The notes below the pieces were generated by a model. The model had not been told where the DNA came from, did no database searches, and worked only from the letters and a program-made list of their open reading frames with translations. Made by a program: the position numbers and the translations under genes. Positions 23,754 to 25,404 of a stretch of 25,404 nucleotides of DNA are shown one piece after another; position 1 is the stretch's first letter; every line of letters starts with the position of its first letter. Source of the DNA: a virus (lineage: Duplodnaviria > Caudoviricetes). The DNA lies in the IMG/VR virus record IMGVR_UViG_3300020185_000239, positions 1-25,404 of that record, one strand, 5' to 3'.

Positions 23754-24520
23754 TGCTAGATGGAGTTGATTATGATCAGCAATGGCTGATTGATAAAGCG
23801 AGAGCCGATGAGTTCTATTATGGACCATTAAACAAATTAGCATTATCCTCTTCAAGTTGTAAGATGCTACTAGATAGCCCTAAGACATTCTACAATGTCC
23901 AGAAGTATGGATCTGAAGAATCAAGTCCTGCTCTATTAATGGGAAGAGTCATTCATGTGATGATCCTAGAGCCTGAGAATTTTGATGATATCTTTCAGGT
24001 GGTAGATGTTGCTTCTAAGAATACTAAAGCCTTCAAAGAGGCTCAATTAGAGAATCCTAAGACTTGTATCACGAGAAAGGATAAGGAAGCAGGAGAGCGG
24101 ATGGCTGATGCTTTTAACAGGAATGAATTAGCATTGAGTTATCTATCAGGATCTGAGACAGAAGTACCAATGATTGATAATGTAGGAGGCTTTCCATTTA
24201 GAGGGAAGGCAGATATCCAGAGAGGAGGAGAGATCATTGATCTCAAGACCACTACAGATCTCAAGGCATTCAGATATAGTGCTGATAAGTATGGATATGA
24301 TCTTCAATGTTATATCTATTGCAATCTATTCAAGACCTCATATAAGGACTTCACATTTATAGTTCTGGATAAGTCATCTACGGATATAGGAATCTATGAT
24401 GTATCAGAGGAGTTCTACAAGAGAGGAGAAGCGAAGTTCAATAGAGCGATCAGTCTTTACAGAGACTTCTTTGTAAGAGGTGAGGATCTGGATAGCTATA
24501 CAATTCAAGGAACATTATGA
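23747..24520 (+). CDS. RecE/exonuclease VIII-like PD-(D/E)xK exonuclease (DUF3799-like)
   Basis: LSSS..K.LL.SP, G...H..ILEP, RGKAD, IIDLKTT and YGYDLQ..IY motifs. Confidence 0.85.
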   Translation: MLMLDGVDYDQQWLIDKARADEFYYGPLNKLALSSSSCKMLLDSPKTFYNVQKYGSEESSPALLMGRVIHVMILEPENFDDIFQVVDVASKNTKAFKEAQLENPKTCITRKDKEAGERMADAFNRNELALSYLSGSETEVPMIDNVGGFPFRGKADIQRGGEIIDLKTTTDLKAFRYSADKYGYDLQCYIYCNLFKTSYKDFTFIVLDKSSTDIGIYDVSEEFYKRGEAKFNRAISLYRDFFVRGEDLDSYTIQGTL

Positions 24521-24753
24521 ATCTAGAAGAAGTAAAGGAGATACTTGATGATATTGTGATCGCTGATGGATTTGATGAAGCGGTGATCGGATATGATGAT
24601 AGAACTCATAGAGTAGCATATAATGCTTATGAGTGCATTATGATCTTAATGAATAGAGATGGTATGAGTTATGATGAGGCTTTAGAGTTTCTAGAGTATA
24701 ATACCTTCTCAGCATGGATAGGTGAGAGAACACCTGTATTTATCTGGATATGA
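24517..24753 (+). CDS. Hypothetical acidic phage protein (78 aa)
   Basis: ADGFDEAVIG...EALEFLEYNT...GE.TP; ATGA-coupled on both sides. Confidence 0.7.
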   Translation: MNLEEVKEILDDIVIADGFDEAVIGYDDRTHRVAYNAYECIMILMNRDGMSYDEALEFLEYNTFSAWIGERTPVFIWI

Positions 24754-24995
24754 AAAAGCATACTAAGATCTATATGCAATACTTCAACTATGTTCTGGAT
24801 GATTTCATCCCCTGTGAGATCTGTGGAGGTAGAGCAGTAGATATTCATCATATTGAGAATAGAGGATCAGGAGGTGCTAAAGACAAGGACAGAATAGAGA
24901 ACCTAATGGCTCTATGTAGAGCGGACCATCTGACATACGGAGATGTTCCTGATAGGGTTCAATGGTTAAAGGATATACATAATAGAAAGCTATGA
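24750..24995 (+). CDS. HNH endonuclease
   Basis: CEICG...DIHHI..RG.GG...NLMALCR..H. Confidence 0.85.
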   Translation: MKKHTKIYMQYFNYVLDDFIPCEICGGRAVDIHHIENRGSGGAKDKDRIENLMALCRADHLTYGDVPDRVQWLKDIHNRKL

Positions 24996-25117
24996 ACAAG
25001 ATGAATCAATTTCTACGCATTGCGAATGCGAGACTGAAGAAGGTATACCCTAACAAGATCCAGAGAAGGGCTTGGGTAGCGAAGATGTGGGCAAGGTATT
25101 GTGAGCGGAACCACTAA
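24992..25117 (+). CDS. Small basic protein (41 aa), not in the ORF track
   Basis: ATGA coupling; MNKMNQFLRIANARLKKVYPNKIQRRAWVAKMWARYCERNH. Confidence 0.55.
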   Translation: MNKMNQFLRIANARLKKVYPNKIQRRAWVAKMWARYCERNH

Positions 25118-25173
25118 CAAGAGTTTAAGCATATAAAGAAGGGTTTATCCATCAATTTGTATGCAGAAGCGTA

Positions 25174-25275
25174 TAAAAATAGGCGCAACCCAGACCACTA
25201 AAAAGTTCGGGGAAAAGTTCGGGAAAAAGTTCAAGCCATTAAAAATAGGCGCACACCTATAATAATGGGCGCAAA
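25174..25275. repeat. Cluster of short direct repeats
   Basis: TAAAAATAGGCGCA at 25174 and 25240, a degenerate TAATGGGCGCA at 25263, and three tandem AAAAGTTC units with 12-nt period (25201, 25213, 25225). Confidence 0.75.
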
Positions 25276-25301
25276 TAAGAAACCTTTAACACCAAAGAGA
25301 A

Positions 25302-25404
25302 ATGAAGATTAAAGAATGGGCTAAAGCCTACAAAAAAGCGACTAACCCTAAAAAAATACCTTTGCACCTTGTTCTTTTTGGGAGTCAAGAAGATGTATTT
25401 GCAT
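25302..25404 (+). CDS. Hypothetical protein, 3'-partial
   Basis: AAAGAGAA leader; MKIKEWAKAYKKATNPKKIPLHLVLFGSQEDVFA runs off the window. Confidence 0.45.
   Translation, partial: MKIKEWAKAYKKATNPKKIPLHLVLFGSQEDVFA

Noticed and set aside
774-24851. Minus-strand ORFs in the track (774, 5214, 7425, 8454, 9616, 9795, 10059, 12372, 16453, 16788, 22196, 24669)
   Set aside because: All lie antisense to well-supported plus-strand genes and have Ser/Ile/Phe-rich shadow composition with no motifs.
25161-25262. 33-aa ORF MQKRIKIGATQ...KIGAHL over the repeat patch
   Set aside because: The peptide only mirrors the DNA repeats, with no leader or coupling to support translation.
25174-25275. Possible mini-CRISPR array
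   Set aside because: Repeats are only 8-14 nt, irregularly spaced, with no spacer-sized unique units and no cas genes.
1-25404. Stop-codon reassignment, tRNA genes, integrase/att site
   Set aside because: Genes are full-length under code 11 with TAA, TAG and TGA all used as stops; no cloverleaf or recombinase motifs were seen.

Overview
This window is about 25 kb of a tailed dsDNA phage genome, most likely a siphovirus of Bacteroidota/Flavobacteriia. The host inference rests on TAnnTTTG promoters and the lack of SD-like leaders on structural genes. All credible CDSs are on the + strand. Gene order: terminase large subunit (partial); -1 frameshifted tail chaperone; promoter-headed accessory cassette; tail completion and tip genes; short tape measure; prohead protease; scaffold; major capsid; tail tube; portal; adaptor; lectin-like receptor-binding protein; lysis cluster (M15 peptidase, holin-like proteins, u-spanin); AT-rich palindromic candidate origin; then a replication/recombination/transcription module (RusA-like, SSB-like, RHH, SF4 helicase, DnaA-C HTH, sigma-like factor, PD-(D/E)xK nucleases, HNH). 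No integrase, polymerase, tRNA or CRISPR array was seen. The best candidate for an undescribed system is a predicted ~64-nt minus-strand small RNA (11687->11624) with its own host-type promoter and terminator. Its 5' seed (UUCAUCUCUCUU) is antisense to an AAGAGAGATG leader/start motif shared by many early genes, and its CCCCUCC arm is also complementary to GGAGGGG hairpins upstream of the two best targets. Other notable signals are a repeated TGGGTTTTATAATT candidate late promoter, a stand-alone peptide resembling the redox tail of ribonucleotide reductase alpha, and a strong GATC excess with apparent TCGA absence, where the receptor-binding module lacks GATC altogether. All calls come from reading motifs by eye; no database searches were run.
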